Assembly: GCA_963768275.1 (NCBI GenBank) | Contig: CAVYHH010000003.1 | Span: forward strand, 44,810-108,809 | Length of the DNA: 64,000 nucleotides | Source: an uncultured Acidobacteriota bacterium | GTDB lineage: Bacteria > Acidobacteriota > Terriglobia > Acidiferrales > UBA7541 | Direction: 5' to 3' | Part shown: positions 27,615-36,687 of the stretch, one piece after another | Numbering within the stretch: the first letter of the stretch is position 1 | Layout: each line of letters opens with the position of its first letter | The notes under the pieces: model-generated | What the model was told of the DNA's origin: nothing | What the model saw: only the letters and a program-made list of their open reading frames with translations | Database searches by the model: none | Position numbers and translations under genes: made by a program

Positions 27615-28715
27615 TTACCGGCCATCTGTCAACCAATAGTCGCTATCTTTCAACCAGATGTAAGATACCTTTCCATCGCGTATGCCAAACTCCGTGACCT
27701 GAAGATCCCGCGGACCGTAAATGACGACCTTGTCCGCAACCTGTGGTTGATTGTCCCCAACTCGATACCCAGCAATTAAGCCTTTCATTGCAAATCCAGG
27801 GCTTTTTACGCCCAGCTTTTTCTCGGCGGAAGGTTTCCCATACGCCTTCCGGACATCCTCTTCTGAACTGCTCAATCCGATGCCCTCTGGTGTTTTCCAA
27901 GCGCGAAGAGTGTTTGTCGTGAGTTTCTTGGGCATATGCGAGCAATTCGGAAAGTCAGTAAGCAACAAGTCATCGAGACTGGATTGGGAAATCGATTCAA
28001 CATCTGTCGAAACATGCAGGAATGCGTGCGCATCATGTGATTGAAAGCACTCTATTGCGGACGGCGAGTGTTCATCTGGAGGCAAACCGAGGTGCCGCAA
28101 CAAACTATTGACCGATAGTTCGCCGTACGTGCAATAAGGACCCAGACAGTCGGGTCCAAGAAAGGCGTCGCTTTCCAATTCGATCCAAGACACCTTTCCG
28201 TCGCGTACGCGAAATCGAGCAGCGTGGATAACCCCGTTCAATCGTCCCTTATAGATGAGCATCCTTTTCCCCATCTGGCGTTGACCATCTTCGAGCTCTA
28301 AATCGACGACGCCAGAAGGATTTCCATAGGCCCTCGCAATATCCTTCTCGAAACTGCCCAAGCCAATTCCCTCGGAAGTTTTCCAGTTGTGTATGTTTTG
28401 CGTCGTCAGCTTCTCATCTTTTTCGGTCCACGTTCCCAAATTCGCAAAATCCCGCAGATCGATGGACGCCAATAGGCCACCGCTATCGCTAATGATTAGG
28501 AACGCTTGTCCATCTTGCGTTCGATAACCATATGTACCTCCGGCGCTGGACGGTCCGCCCAACTGCTGCGCCAAACCCTCAAACGAAATGTTGCGATCCA
28601 TGCAGACGGGTCCGAGGCATTTAGGCCCCGAATAGGTCTGGGCTTTTGCGCCAATAGGCCCTCGTGCCATCGCGAAAAGGATCACGAGAATTATGGTTGG
28701 ACTTAAGATTTTCAT
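27615..28715 (-). CDS. secreted protein built from two tandem homologous halves, function unknown
   Basis: A 366-aa ORF with a signal peptide. Each half starts GP(K/D)CLGP(V/Y)C and ends W(K)T(S/P)EGIGLGS/SS..(A/K)YG(N/K)PS..(V/I)RDGKVS(W/Y)I. The segment is AT-richer. Confidence 0.65.
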   Translation of the reverse strand: MKILSPTIILVILFAMARGPIGAKAQTYSGPKCLGPVCMDRNISFEGLAQQLGGPSSAGGTYGYRTQDGQAFLIISDSGGLLASIDLRDFANLGTWTEKDEKLTTQNIHNWKTSEGIGLGSFEKDIARAYGNPSGVVDLELEDGQRQMGKRMLIYKGRLNGVIHAARFRVRDGKVSWIELESDAFLGPDCLGPYCTYGELSVNSLLRHLGLPPDEHSPSAIECFQSHDAHAFLHVSTDVESISQSSLDDLLLTDFPNCSHMPKKLTTNTLRAWKTPEGIGLSSSEEDVRKAYGKPSAEKKLGVKSPGFAMKGLIAGYRVGDNQPQVADKVVIYGPRDLQVTEFGIRDGKVSYIWLKDSDYWLTDGR

Positions 28716-28918
28716 GGACGTGTCGTGTCCTCGCGTTTAACGAGAGCATTAATAATCGGACGTCATAATATTAGCAGTGACCGTAGCAACTCAGGGCTGC
28801 AGTTCGGCGTTGTGTATCCAATTGGAGATGGTGACTTAATCTGGATTTCTCACAAACTCTTGAATGGAGTTCTTAATAAACCTCTTATAGACAGGCCGAA
28901 GAACCTCGAACGGTCTCG

Positions 28919-28978
28919 GTGGAACAGGCTTCAGCCTGTGGGCTTTGCGCAAACCTCACAGGCTGAAGCCTGTTCCAC
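28919..28978. repeat. 60-bp nested palindrome P1
   Basis: Arms gtggaacaggcttcagcctgtg (28919-28940) and cacaggctgaagcctgttccac (28957-28978). Each arm contains its own palindrome acaggct-NN-agcctgt. The centre holds tttgcgcaaa. Confidence 0.8.
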
Positions 28979-29070
28979 TGAAAACATTTACACACGGCCT
29001 TCCCACGTCCCTGTCGTAGAAAAAAGTGATTCTCGTTCCTCGCGTCGTGAGAAACTCGGGCTAGTTCACT

Positions 29071-29099
29071 CCCAAGTCCTGGTAATCCCGTTTATCAGG
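29071..29099 (-). repeat. REP-like unit with intact tail
   Basis: Sequence cccaagtcctggtaatcccgtttatcagg. The 10-mer ccaagtcctg lies at 29072-29081. Confidence 0.65.
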
Positions 29100-29198
29100 C
29101 CCCGACATGCGACCGGACTGTCCCACTGCGCCATTTTTTCCCAGTTTTCACGACTGCAGGACGATCTGCGGCGTTCACGGGATTCCGCGAGCTTCGGG

Positions 29199-30224
29199 TT
29201 AGCGCCAGCCGAGCTCCGGGGCGACGTATTTCAGGACGCTTTCGATCACGTGCGCGTTGTAGTCCACTCCGAGCGTGCTCGGGATTGTCATAAGCAAGGT
29301 ATCCGCGGCGGCAATCGCCTCGTCCGCGGCGAGTTCCTTGACCAGCACATCGGGTTCACTGGCATAGGAGCGGCCAAAGACGGCGCGCGTGTTCGCGTCG
29401 ATGAAGCCGATCTGATCGCGGTCGTGTTTCTCCTGCCCAAAATAGGCGAAGTCGAGGTCGTCCACCAGCGGAAAGATGCTTCGGCTGACCGACACGCGCG
29501 GGGTGCGGCTGTGTCCGGCCTTTTTCCAGGCGTCGCGAAATGCCTCGATCTGCTTGCGCTGCTGGATGTGCAGCGGTTCGCCGCTCTCATCGTCCTTGAG
29601 CGTTGAACTCTGAAGATTCATGCCGAGTTTCGCGGCCCAGCGTGCGGTGGCGCTCGAGCCGGAGCCCCACCAGATGCGATCGCGCAGGCCTGCCGAATAT
29701 GGCTCGACGCGCAGCAATCCGGGCGGATTCGGAAACATGGGCCGCGGGTTGGGCTTGGCGAAGCCCTCGCCCTTCAGCAGGTCGAGGAACTCCTCACCAT
29801 GGCGTCGTCCCATGTCCGCATCGCTCTCGCCTTTCGCCGGCGTGTAGCCGAAGTGGCGCCAGCCGTCGATCACCTGTTCCGGCGAGCCGCGACTGATGCC
29901 CAGCTGCAGTCGGCTGCTGGCGATCAGGTCGGCTGCCCCGGCGTCTTCGGCCATGTAGGGTGGGTTTTCGTAGCGCATGTCGATCACGGCCGTGCCGATC
30001 TCGATTGTGCGCGTGCGCGCACCAACGGCGGCAAGCAGCGGGAACGGCGAACTGAGCTGGCGCGCGAAGTGGTGAACGCGAAAGAATGCGCCATCAGCGC
30101 CCAGCTTTTCCGCGGCGACAGCAAGCTCGACTGACTGAAGCAAGGCGTCGGCCGCCGAGCGTACCTGCGAGCCGGGGGAATCAGTCCAATGCCCGAACGA
30201 GAGAAAGCCGATTTTTTTCGACAT
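29199..30224 (-). CDS. LLM-class flavin-dependent oxidoreductase (luciferase-like monooxygenase)
   Basis: A 341-aa ORF with MSKKIGFLSFGHW.., LGADGAFFRVHHF and LQLGISRGS. Confidence 0.8.
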   Translation of the reverse strand: MSKKIGFLSFGHWTDSPGSQVRSAADALLQSVELAVAAEKLGADGAFFRVHHFARQLSSPFPLLAAVGARTRTIEIGTAVIDMRYENPPYMAEDAGAADLIASSRLQLGISRGSPEQVIDGWRHFGYTPAKGESDADMGRRHGEEFLDLLKGEGFAKPNPRPMFPNPPGLLRVEPYSAGLRDRIWWGSGSSATARWAAKLGMNLQSSTLKDDESGEPLHIQQRKQIEAFRDAWKKAGHSRTPRVSVSRSIFPLVDDLDFAYFGQEKHDRDQIGFIDANTRAVFGRSYASEPDVLVKELAADEAIAAADTLLMTIPSTLGVDYNAHVIESVLKYVAPELGWR

Positions 30225-30380
30225 GTTTCATACCTTGCCCCGACTATTACCGCTCTCCAACCGTACTCATTGTCTCGCAGCGTGGCGCCTTGTGTAATTT
30301 CGGACCGGAGAGATTCTTCCATTGTGCGCAGGCTTTGCCGTGACGAATGCTACCACGCTTGTCTCAGCTCCCGTGGAGTC

Positions 30381-30435
30381 GCGTTCTCGGTAACTGGCTT
30401 TTGCCAAATTCCCAGTTACCGGTAATCCTGTTTCT
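30381..30435. repeat. inverted REP-like pair abutting the IS copy 3 left end
   Basis: Sequence gcgttctcggtaactggcttttgcc (minus-oriented) plus aaattcccagttaccggtaatcctgtttct (plus-oriented), directly followed by the IS. Confidence 0.7.
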
Positions 30436-30474
30436 CAGATGGGATGAGAAGGCCGGTCTCCGACGGGATGCGAT

Positions 30475-31629
30475 ATGCTCCCAACGATTGACGCGCTCAA
30501 GGCGCAATGGAAAGGAGACCGGCTTATGCGAAAGAATAGCACTGTGGTGAAAAACGGAAACAAAATTTTCAAACAGCCCGCACTGACCATCGGGTTGGAC
30601 TTGGGAGATCGAAGCAGCTGTTACTGCGTTTTGGATGAGATGGGGAATGTGATTTTGGAACGCAGTGTGCCGACCACACCGAACGGAATCCGCCAGGCGT
30701 TCGGTAAGATGCCGCGCTGCCGGATCGCACTGGAAACGGGAACGCACTCGCCGTGGGTGAGCCGGCAGTTGGCACGGATGGATCACGAAGTGATCGTAGC
30801 GCATGCGCGCAACGTGCGGCTGATTGGCGAGAGCAGTCGCAAGGATGATCAGCTCGACGCGCGGACGCTGGCGCGGCTCGCACGGATCGATCCCGGCTTA
30901 TTGGGTCCAGTGCGGCATCGCAGTGCGCAGGCGCAAATTCAACTGACAGTGATTCGCGCACGAGCGGCGCTGGTCAGTTCGCGCACGGCTCTAGTGAATG
31001 CGGCGCGCGGGTTGACGAAATCCTATGGCGAGCGGCTGAAGAAATGCGGCACGGAGCAAATGAATCGAGACAGCTCCGAGGGGTTGAGCCAGGAATTGCG
31101 TGAGGCGCTGGATCCGCTGTTGCGAGAGATCGAATCGCTCAACGAGCGCATCAAGGAATACGATCAGCGGATCGAACAGATCGCCAAGGAAGTTCACCCT
31201 GAAGTGGCGCGGCTGAAACAAGTGAAGGGTGTGGGGACGCTGATTGCGTTGACCTACGTGTTGACGCTGGACGATCCACGCCGATTTCGTCACAGCCGCG
31301 ATGTGGGATGTTTTCTGGGACTGCGTCCCGGGCGCAGGAACTCCGGCAAGAGCGAGCCGCAACTGCACATCAGCAAGGAAGGCGACCGTTATCTGAGAAC
31401 GCTGATGGTGCAAGGCGCGCATTACATTCTCGGGCCTTTTGGACAGGACAGCGATCTGCGGCGTTGGGGATGGAAGCTGGCCGAGCGCGGAGGAAAAAAT
31501 GCCAAGAAGCGAGCGGTGGTTGCCGTCGCACGCAAGTTGTCGGTCCTGCTGCACAAGTTGTGGGTGAGCGGAGAAGCGTATGAACCACTGCGCAACAACA
31601 ACCACCAAGGGGTACGCGCCGTGGCCTAG
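30475..31629 (+). CDS. IS110-family transposase
   Basis: An identical 384-aa translation. An alternative start is at 30526. Confidence 0.95.
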   Translation: MLPTIDALKAQWKGDRLMRKNSTVVKNGNKIFKQPALTIGLDLGDRSSCYCVLDEMGNVILERSVPTTPNGIRQAFGKMPRCRIALETGTHSPWVSRQLARMDHEVIVAHARNVRLIGESSRKDDQLDARTLARLARIDPGLLGPVRHRSAQAQIQLTVIRARAALVSSRTALVNAARGLTKSYGERLKKCGTEQMNRDSSEGLSQELREALDPLLREIESLNERIKEYDQRIEQIAKEVHPEVARLKQVKGVGTLIALTYVLTLDDPRRFRHSRDVGCFLGLRPGRRNSGKSEPQLHISKEGDRYLRTLMVQGAHYILGPFGQDSDLRRWGWKLAERGGKNAKKRAVVAVARKLSVLLHKLWVSGEAYEPLRNNNHQGVRAVA

Positions 31630-31902
31630 AGGTTGAAACGAAAGAGCCGAGCTCACCGCCGAGTTCAGGTGACTGCGCCCAAGTCCTGGCCCAACTCTCA
31701 GAGATGAGAGCCAAGGTCGATTCTCAGGTAGCAGCACCTACTGAATGAAGGACGCCCAACTTGCACCGAGCGAAACAATCGCTCACCAAAGAGTGCGGAT
31801 GGAAGGATGGCGACAGAGGCGGACCGGCTTAAACGGCAAAAACCCCTGATAAGAAAAAGAAAAACCGGCTTGACACTAACCGGCCTTCTCATGGAAGGAC
31901 TT
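31630..31902 (+). ncRNA. candidate bridge/seek-type guide RNA region (copy 3)
   Basis: Identical to 8919..9191. Confidence 0.35.
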
Positions 31903-31952
31903 GAGCGACTGGGAAACTCGTCCTTGAGACGATCGCGCGGCATGCAACCAGA

Positions 31953-33227
31953 TCAACCGCAACCGCCAGAATTTGCCGACAGCATATTTTCAGGAAGTGG
32001 GCGATACTGCCCATAGAAATTTAGGATTGCGAGCGTTCTGTCGGCGTTCCTTCTGACGGTGGAATCTGTCGCTTTGGCACCCATCGCTCTTACGTAGCGA
32101 ATGGCCGTCGCCAGCGTGATGACAGGTTCTTGAGAGCTTTCGCGGATTCTCCAGGTGGGTGGCCCTAGAACTGCCTTCACCGTTCCGTCGGGCGCGATAT
32201 TCCAGTGCTTGTCGAGCAGTTGAAGGCTAAACCCGAAACGATAATCTCCATAGCACGCGCTAGCACCTCCTTCCATCAGTCGCAATTCAGGGTAATCCGT
32301 GAGCCGCAGTGAAGAATCGAGATGGCCGAGTGAATTCGTGAGGATCTCGGCGTCCGCCTTATCTTCTATATCGGTCGATCTGACTCCAACGATATCAACA
32401 ATGTCCATGCTGTCCAATCGCGGCTTGGGAGTTTCGGCGAAAAACTCCGCTAGTTCAGCCCAGCCACCTTGTGTCAAGCTTTTGCCTCTCGATTCCAAAT
32501 CCACGAATCGCTTGGCAACGCTCTGCGAGGACTCCGGGTTGGAGTGTGCGACTGGCTCAGGTGGAGGGGTACCAGCCGCTATGCTCGCGAGCGTCGCGAG
32601 GGTTTGGGCGGCGTTGTATCTTGTCAGTGGGTCCTGCGAACTGTCACGCATTCGAGTCACATACCGAATCGCGGTATCCACGCTAATGTAACGCATCGGG
32701 GTTAAGCGCATACTCCATGGGAGGCTTTTTCCTTTCTCTTGCTCTCCCGTTGTTTTCCAACCCATGGTTTCGGAAGTGGGATAAACATCGAGATACATCG
32801 TCTCTTTCCCAGGTTTGCCCCAGGCAGGCCGGTGTCGCCCTAAGGTCCATGGCCCCCATCTGAAATGTAGGAAAGAATCGACGTTGCCCCACTCGAAATA
32901 GTCCACTCGTACGGGGTAATCCACGTACCCGTTCGGGCCGTGGTCTTCACGCGGGTCACTGACTACGTAGCGCTCCAGGACAATCACGTCCGAGAGCGGG
33001 TCAGGTGTCCCATCATCGGACTGAAACTCTGAAAAGAGATCGTTCGATTCAACTGGATACCCAAGACCAAGCCACCTGCCCTCCGCGTCCATCTTGCAGT
33101 ATTGCGTGACAATATTTTGGACTTCGTCGGCGGTTTCTTGCGGGGGTATCTGCCATTGAGCGTGGAGAGTGACGACCGTAAGACAAAGCTCGGCCCCTAC
33201 CAGGACTGCGATTCCCACACGAGTCAC
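31953..33227 (-). CDS. hypothetical secreted protein bracketed by two inverted IS copies
   Basis: A 424-aa ORF with an N-terminal hydrophobic signal-like segment (MTRVGIAVLVGAELCLTVVTLHA). No family recognised. Confidence 0.6.
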   Translation of the reverse strand: MTRVGIAVLVGAELCLTVVTLHAQWQIPPQETADEVQNIVTQYCKMDAEGRWLGLGYPVESNDLFSEFQSDDGTPDPLSDVIVLERYVVSDPREDHGPNGYVDYPVRVDYFEWGNVDSFLHFRWGPWTLGRHRPAWGKPGKETMYLDVYPTSETMGWKTTGEQEKGKSLPWSMRLTPMRYISVDTAIRYVTRMRDSSQDPLTRYNAAQTLATLASIAAGTPPPEPVAHSNPESSQSVAKRFVDLESRGKSLTQGGWAELAEFFAETPKPRLDSMDIVDIVGVRSTDIEDKADAEILTNSLGHLDSSLRLTDYPELRLMEGGASACYGDYRFGFSLQLLDKHWNIAPDGTVKAVLGPPTWRIRESSQEPVITLATAIRYVRAMGAKATDSTVRRNADRTLAILNFYGQYRPLPENMLSANSGGCG

Positions 33228-33356
33228 TCTGCCCTCCCGGAAGCGCGAATTGTTACTATGCTGCCATTACTGCTTCCATTTAGATACCGTATCGATTTGC
33301 ATTTGTTCTGGATTCTAAACAACGTCTAAGCAGGTGAAGTGCGACGTTGATAGGCC

Positions 33357-33629
33357 AAGTCCTTCCATGAGAAGGCCGGTTAGTGTCAAGCCGGTTTTTC
33401 TTTTTCTTATCAGGGGTTTTTGCCGTTTAAGCCGGTCCGCCTCTGTCGCCATCCTTCCATCCGCACTCTTTGGTGAGCGATTGTTTCGCTCGGTGCAAGT
33501 TGGGCGTCCTTCATTCAGTAGGTGCTGCTACCTGAGAATCGACCTTGGCTCTCATCTCTGAGAGTTGGGCCAGGACTTGGGCGCAGTCACCTGAACTCGG
33601 CGGTGAGCTCGGCTCTTTCGTTTCAACCT
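33357..33629 (-). ncRNA. candidate bridge/seek-type guide RNA region (copy 4)
   Basis: Identical to 8919..9191 (reverse complement). Confidence 0.35.
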
Positions 33630-34784
33630 CTAGGCCACGGCGCGTACCCCTTGGTGGTTGTTGTTGCGCAGTGGTTCATACGCTTCTCCGCTCACCCACA
33701 ACTTGTGCAGCAGGACCGACAACTTGCGTGCGACGGCAACCACCGCTCGCTTCTTGGCATTTTTTCCTCCGCGCTCGGCCAGCTTCCATCCCCAACGCCG
33801 CAGATCGCTGTCCTGTCCAAAAGGCCCGAGAATGTAATGCGCGCCTTGCACCATCAGCGTTCTCAGATAACGGTCGCCTTCCTTGCTGATGTGCAGTTGC
33901 GGCTCGCTCTTGCCGGAGTTCCTGCGCCCGGGACGCAGTCCCAGAAAACATCCCACATCGCGGCTGTGACGAAATCGGCGTGGATCGTCCAGCGTCAACA
34001 CGTAGGTCAACGCAATCAGCGTCCCCACACCCTTCACTTGTTTCAGCCGCGCCACTTCAGGGTGAACTTCCTTGGCGATCTGTTCGATCCGCTGATCGTA
34101 TTCCTTGATGCGCTCGTTGAGCGATTCGATCTCTCGCAACAGCGGATCCAGCGCCTCACGCAATTCCTGGCTCAACCCCTCGGAGCTGTCTCGATTCATT
34201 TGCTCCGTGCCGCATTTCTTCAGCCGCTCGCCATAGGATTTCGTCAACCCGCGCGCCGCATTCACTAGAGCCGTGCGCGAACTGACCAGCGCCGCTCGTG
34301 CGCGAATCACTGTCAGTTGAATTTGCGCCTGCGCACTGCGATGCCGCACTGGACCCAATAAGCCGGGATCGATCCGTGCGAGCCGCGCCAGCGTCCGCGC
34401 GTCGAGCTGATCATCCTTGCGACTGCTCTCGCCAATCAGCCGCACGTTGCGCGCATGCGCTACGATCACTTCGTGATCCATCCGTGCCAACTGCCGGCTC
34501 ACCCACGGCGAGTGCGTTCCCGTTTCCAGTGCGATCCGGCAGCGCGGCATCTTACCGAACGCCTGGCGGATTCCGTTCGGTGTGGTCGGCACACTGCGTT
34601 CCAAAATCACATTCCCCATCTCATCCAAAACGCAGTAACAGCTGCTTCGATCTCCCAAGTCCAACCCGATGGTCAGTGCGGGCTGTTTGAAAATTTTGTT
34701 TCCGTTTTTCACCACAGTGCTATTCTTTCGCATAAGCCGGTCTCCTTTCCATTGCGCCTTGAGCGCGTCAATCGTTGGGAGCAT
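33630..34784 (-). CDS. IS110-family transposase
   Basis: An identical 384-aa translation. An alternative start is at 34733. Confidence 0.95.
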   Translation of the reverse strand: MLPTIDALKAQWKGDRLMRKNSTVVKNGNKIFKQPALTIGLDLGDRSSCYCVLDEMGNVILERSVPTTPNGIRQAFGKMPRCRIALETGTHSPWVSRQLARMDHEVIVAHARNVRLIGESSRKDDQLDARTLARLARIDPGLLGPVRHRSAQAQIQLTVIRARAALVSSRTALVNAARGLTKSYGERLKKCGTEQMNRDSSEGLSQELREALDPLLREIESLNERIKEYDQRIEQIAKEVHPEVARLKQVKGVGTLIALTYVLTLDDPRRFRHSRDVGCFLGLRPGRRNSGKSEPQLHISKEGDRYLRTLMVQGAHYILGPFGQDSDLRRWGWKLAERGGKNAKKRAVVAVARKLSVLLHKLWVSGEAYEPLRNNNHQGVRAVA

Positions 34785-34822
34785 ATCGCATCCCGTCGGA
34801 GACCGGCCTTCTCATCCCATCT

Positions 34823-34889
34823 GAGAAGTCCGCTTATCGTCATCTGGGATTTGCCGGATTCCCAACATCGGAGAATTCCGTTTGTCAGG
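34823..34889 (+). repeat. 67-bp BIME-like double REP unit, copy A (left part is the occupied IS target)
   Basis: Sequence gagaagtccgcttatcgtcatctgggatttgccggattcccaacatcggagaattccgtttgtcagg. It matches 35644-35710 at 61 of 67 positions. Confidence 0.75.
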
Positions 34890-35039
34890 GCATGACAGGA
34901 TTTCTGTCAATTATTTCGGCGGGTAAGCGTGATTTCGCTGTCACCTTTTACAACGTGCTACTATGGCCGCGCTGGAGGTCCCTTGGGTATACATGGGTGC
35001 CCATCTGGGAGATCAAAATGGAGTTGAGAGGGGTCGTCA

Positions 35040-35486
35040 ATGAGCGGTGTACAAGTCGAACAAAAGAGCTATGAAATGCCCCCGCGAGAGGGGATCAGCA
35101 TCGCGCATTTTCTCACCGTCGCCGACGTCGAGCGATCAGCTCGCTACTACGAAAAGGTCTTCGGCGCTCGTATTCTGAGCCTGGGTGACGGCAACGCGCC
35201 TGCGTACCTTCAGCTTGCGAATATCTGGATGATTCTGAACGTTGGGGGCGGGCCGACTCCGGATAAGCCGGCGGTAACGCTCAGCGTCCCCGACCCGAAT
35301 CACATCAACAGCTTTATGAATTTCCGCGTTGCGGATATTCAAGCGTGCTATGAATTGTGGAAAAGTCGAGGAGCGGAGTTCATCACGGAGCCGATCCCCA
35401 AGTACGGCGAGACGCGCTGCTACATCCGCGATCCTGACGGTTATATTATCGAGGTCGGACAAAGCACCTCCCTCACGTACGGTTAA
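35040..35486 (+). CDS. VOC (glyoxalase/bleomycin-resistance/dioxygenase) family protein
   Basis: A 148-aa ORF with IAHFLTVADVERSARYYEKVFGA and CYIRDPDGYIIEVGQ. Confidence 0.8.
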   Translation: MSGVQVEQKSYEMPPREGISIAHFLTVADVERSARYYEKVFGARILSLGDGNAPAYLQLANIWMILNVGGGPTPDKPAVTLSVPDPNHINSFMNFRVADIQACYELWKSRGAEFITEPIPKYGETRCYIRDPDGYIIEVGQSTSLTYG

Positions 35487-35643
35487 CGCTTGGCGTGGAT
35501 AGGATGCCGACGCTGGGCCTCGTCGTCGCGCTTCTGGATTGAGTTCACTCGGAGCGTCGGAGGGCCGCGATCAAGACCGGTAGAGTTCCGCGAGGAACTT
35601 GATGTCGGGGGCACGCGCGGTTCAAAGCTCCTGGTACGGGTCC

Positions 35644-35710
35644 GAGAAGCCGGCTTAGCGTCATCTGGGATTCGTCGGATTCCCAACATCGAAGAATTCC
35701 GTTTGTCAGG
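35644..35710 (+). repeat. 67-bp BIME-like double REP unit, copy B (unoccupied)
   Basis: Sequence gagaagccggcttagcgtcatctgggattcgtcggattcccaacatcgaagaattccgtttgtcagg. Confidence 0.75.
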
Positions 35711-35725
35711 AATTGGACTCACCTT

Positions 35726-36370
35726 CTATCTTCTCGTGAGCACAACATGCGTCGCGTGCTCCGTGGCCTCGTGCTCCGTCACAGAAAATCCCATCGCGCG
35801 CAGGTCAAGACCGGTAAGCAGTGCTTCGCCTTGACCGAGGGCAACAGGTGCAAGAGCAAAATGGAGGGAATCGATTAGCCCAGCCTGCAGATACTGCCGC
35901 ACGGTGGAAACACCGCCTCCGATCTTGACGTCCTTGCCACCCGCCGCTTGTTTCGCGAGCCGCAGCGCTTCTTCGATTCCGCCGGTGACAAAGTAAAAGG
36001 TCGTCCCGCCTTCCATCACGAGCGGCTCACGCTCGTAGTGCGTCAGAACGAAAGTCGGTGCATGGTATGGCGGATTGGTACCCCACCAGTCCTTCCACGA
36101 GTCGTCCTGCCACGGGCCACGGACCGGACCAAACATGTTCCGACCAAGGATGAAGGCGCCAAAGTTTTCCATTGCCCGCTGTGCGAACACGTCGTCCACA
36201 TCGACAGATCCGCATTCCTGCCCGTGCATGGCACAGAATGTCTTGGTATGGAAAAACCACTGAAAGATCTCCGGGCCGCGCTTGCCCAGCGGATCGTCCA
36301 GGCTCTGGTCTATCCCTGCGCTAAAACCGTCCAACGAAAGACCGAATCCCGCGACACGAACCCTTGGCAT
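35726..36370 (-). CDS. dihydrofolate-reductase-like (RibD C-terminal domain) family protein
   Basis: I prefer the ATG at 36370 (GAGGAG upstream). The product starts MPRVRVAGFGLSLDGF.., and also has GGTTFYFVTGG and KIGGGVSTVRQYLQAGLIDSLHFALAPV. Confidence 0.75.
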   Translation of the reverse strand: MPRVRVAGFGLSLDGFSAGIDQSLDDPLGKRGPEIFQWFFHTKTFCAMHGQECGSVDVDDVFAQRAMENFGAFILGRNMFGPVRGPWQDDSWKDWWGTNPPYHAPTFVLTHYEREPLVMEGGTTFYFVTGGIEEALRLAKQAAGGKDVKIGGGVSTVRQYLQAGLIDSLHFALAPVALGQGEALLTGLDLRAMGFSVTEHEATEHATHVVLTRR

Positions 36371-36458
36371 GTGTGTTCTTCTCCTCAAAGACTTTGTGTT
36401 GCTCTGGCCTGAAGTTCCATCAGCATCAGCTTGCCCAACCCGAACATGGGTATGCCGG

Positions 36459-36484
36459 CCCCGCTTATCGGAATGTGGCTTTTC
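36459..36484 (-). repeat. REP-like head
   Basis: Sequence ccccgcttatcggaatgtggcttttc. Confidence 0.65.
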
Positions 36485-36687
36485 GGCCCATACTGGCTTC
36501 GCACCGTCCCATTGCGCGGCAACTCGGAAAAACCAATTTTCGAGAACGTCGTTTACTAGCAGCAGTAACTGCGGGGAGTTACTTTAAGGGCGCGGCCCCA
36601 AGCAACGAAAACGCTACGGGCGCCTGCATCAAGGTAAAAAACCGGGAGAAAATGTCTTCTCCCGGCCTGCGAATGTTCTTCGCTACT

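Larger units (their letters stand above)
30436..31902 (+). mobile_element. IS110-family insertion sequence (IS1111-like layout), copy 3
   Basis: The same 1,467-bp unit. Confidence 0.9.
33357..34823 (-). mobile_element. IS110-family insertion sequence (IS1111-like layout), copy 4
   Basis: The same 1,467-bp unit. The reconstructed target gcggacttctcag|gacttggcc is a perfect REP tail. Confidence 0.9.

Noticed and set aside
28725-29606. A 293-aa plus-strand ORF.
   Set aside because: Its second half is antisense to the well-supported luciferase-like monooxygenase. Its first half runs through the 60-bp palindrome and a REP unit. It has no motifs.
30436-34823. Composite transposon formed by IS copies 3 and 4 (and likewise by copies 1 and 2).
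   Set aside because: Each IS sits in its own REP unit with its own head and tail remnants, which is consistent with four independent site-specific insertions. IS110-family elements move by a circular intermediate and site-specific recombination, not by paired outer ends. I keep only the recombination-substrate aspect.
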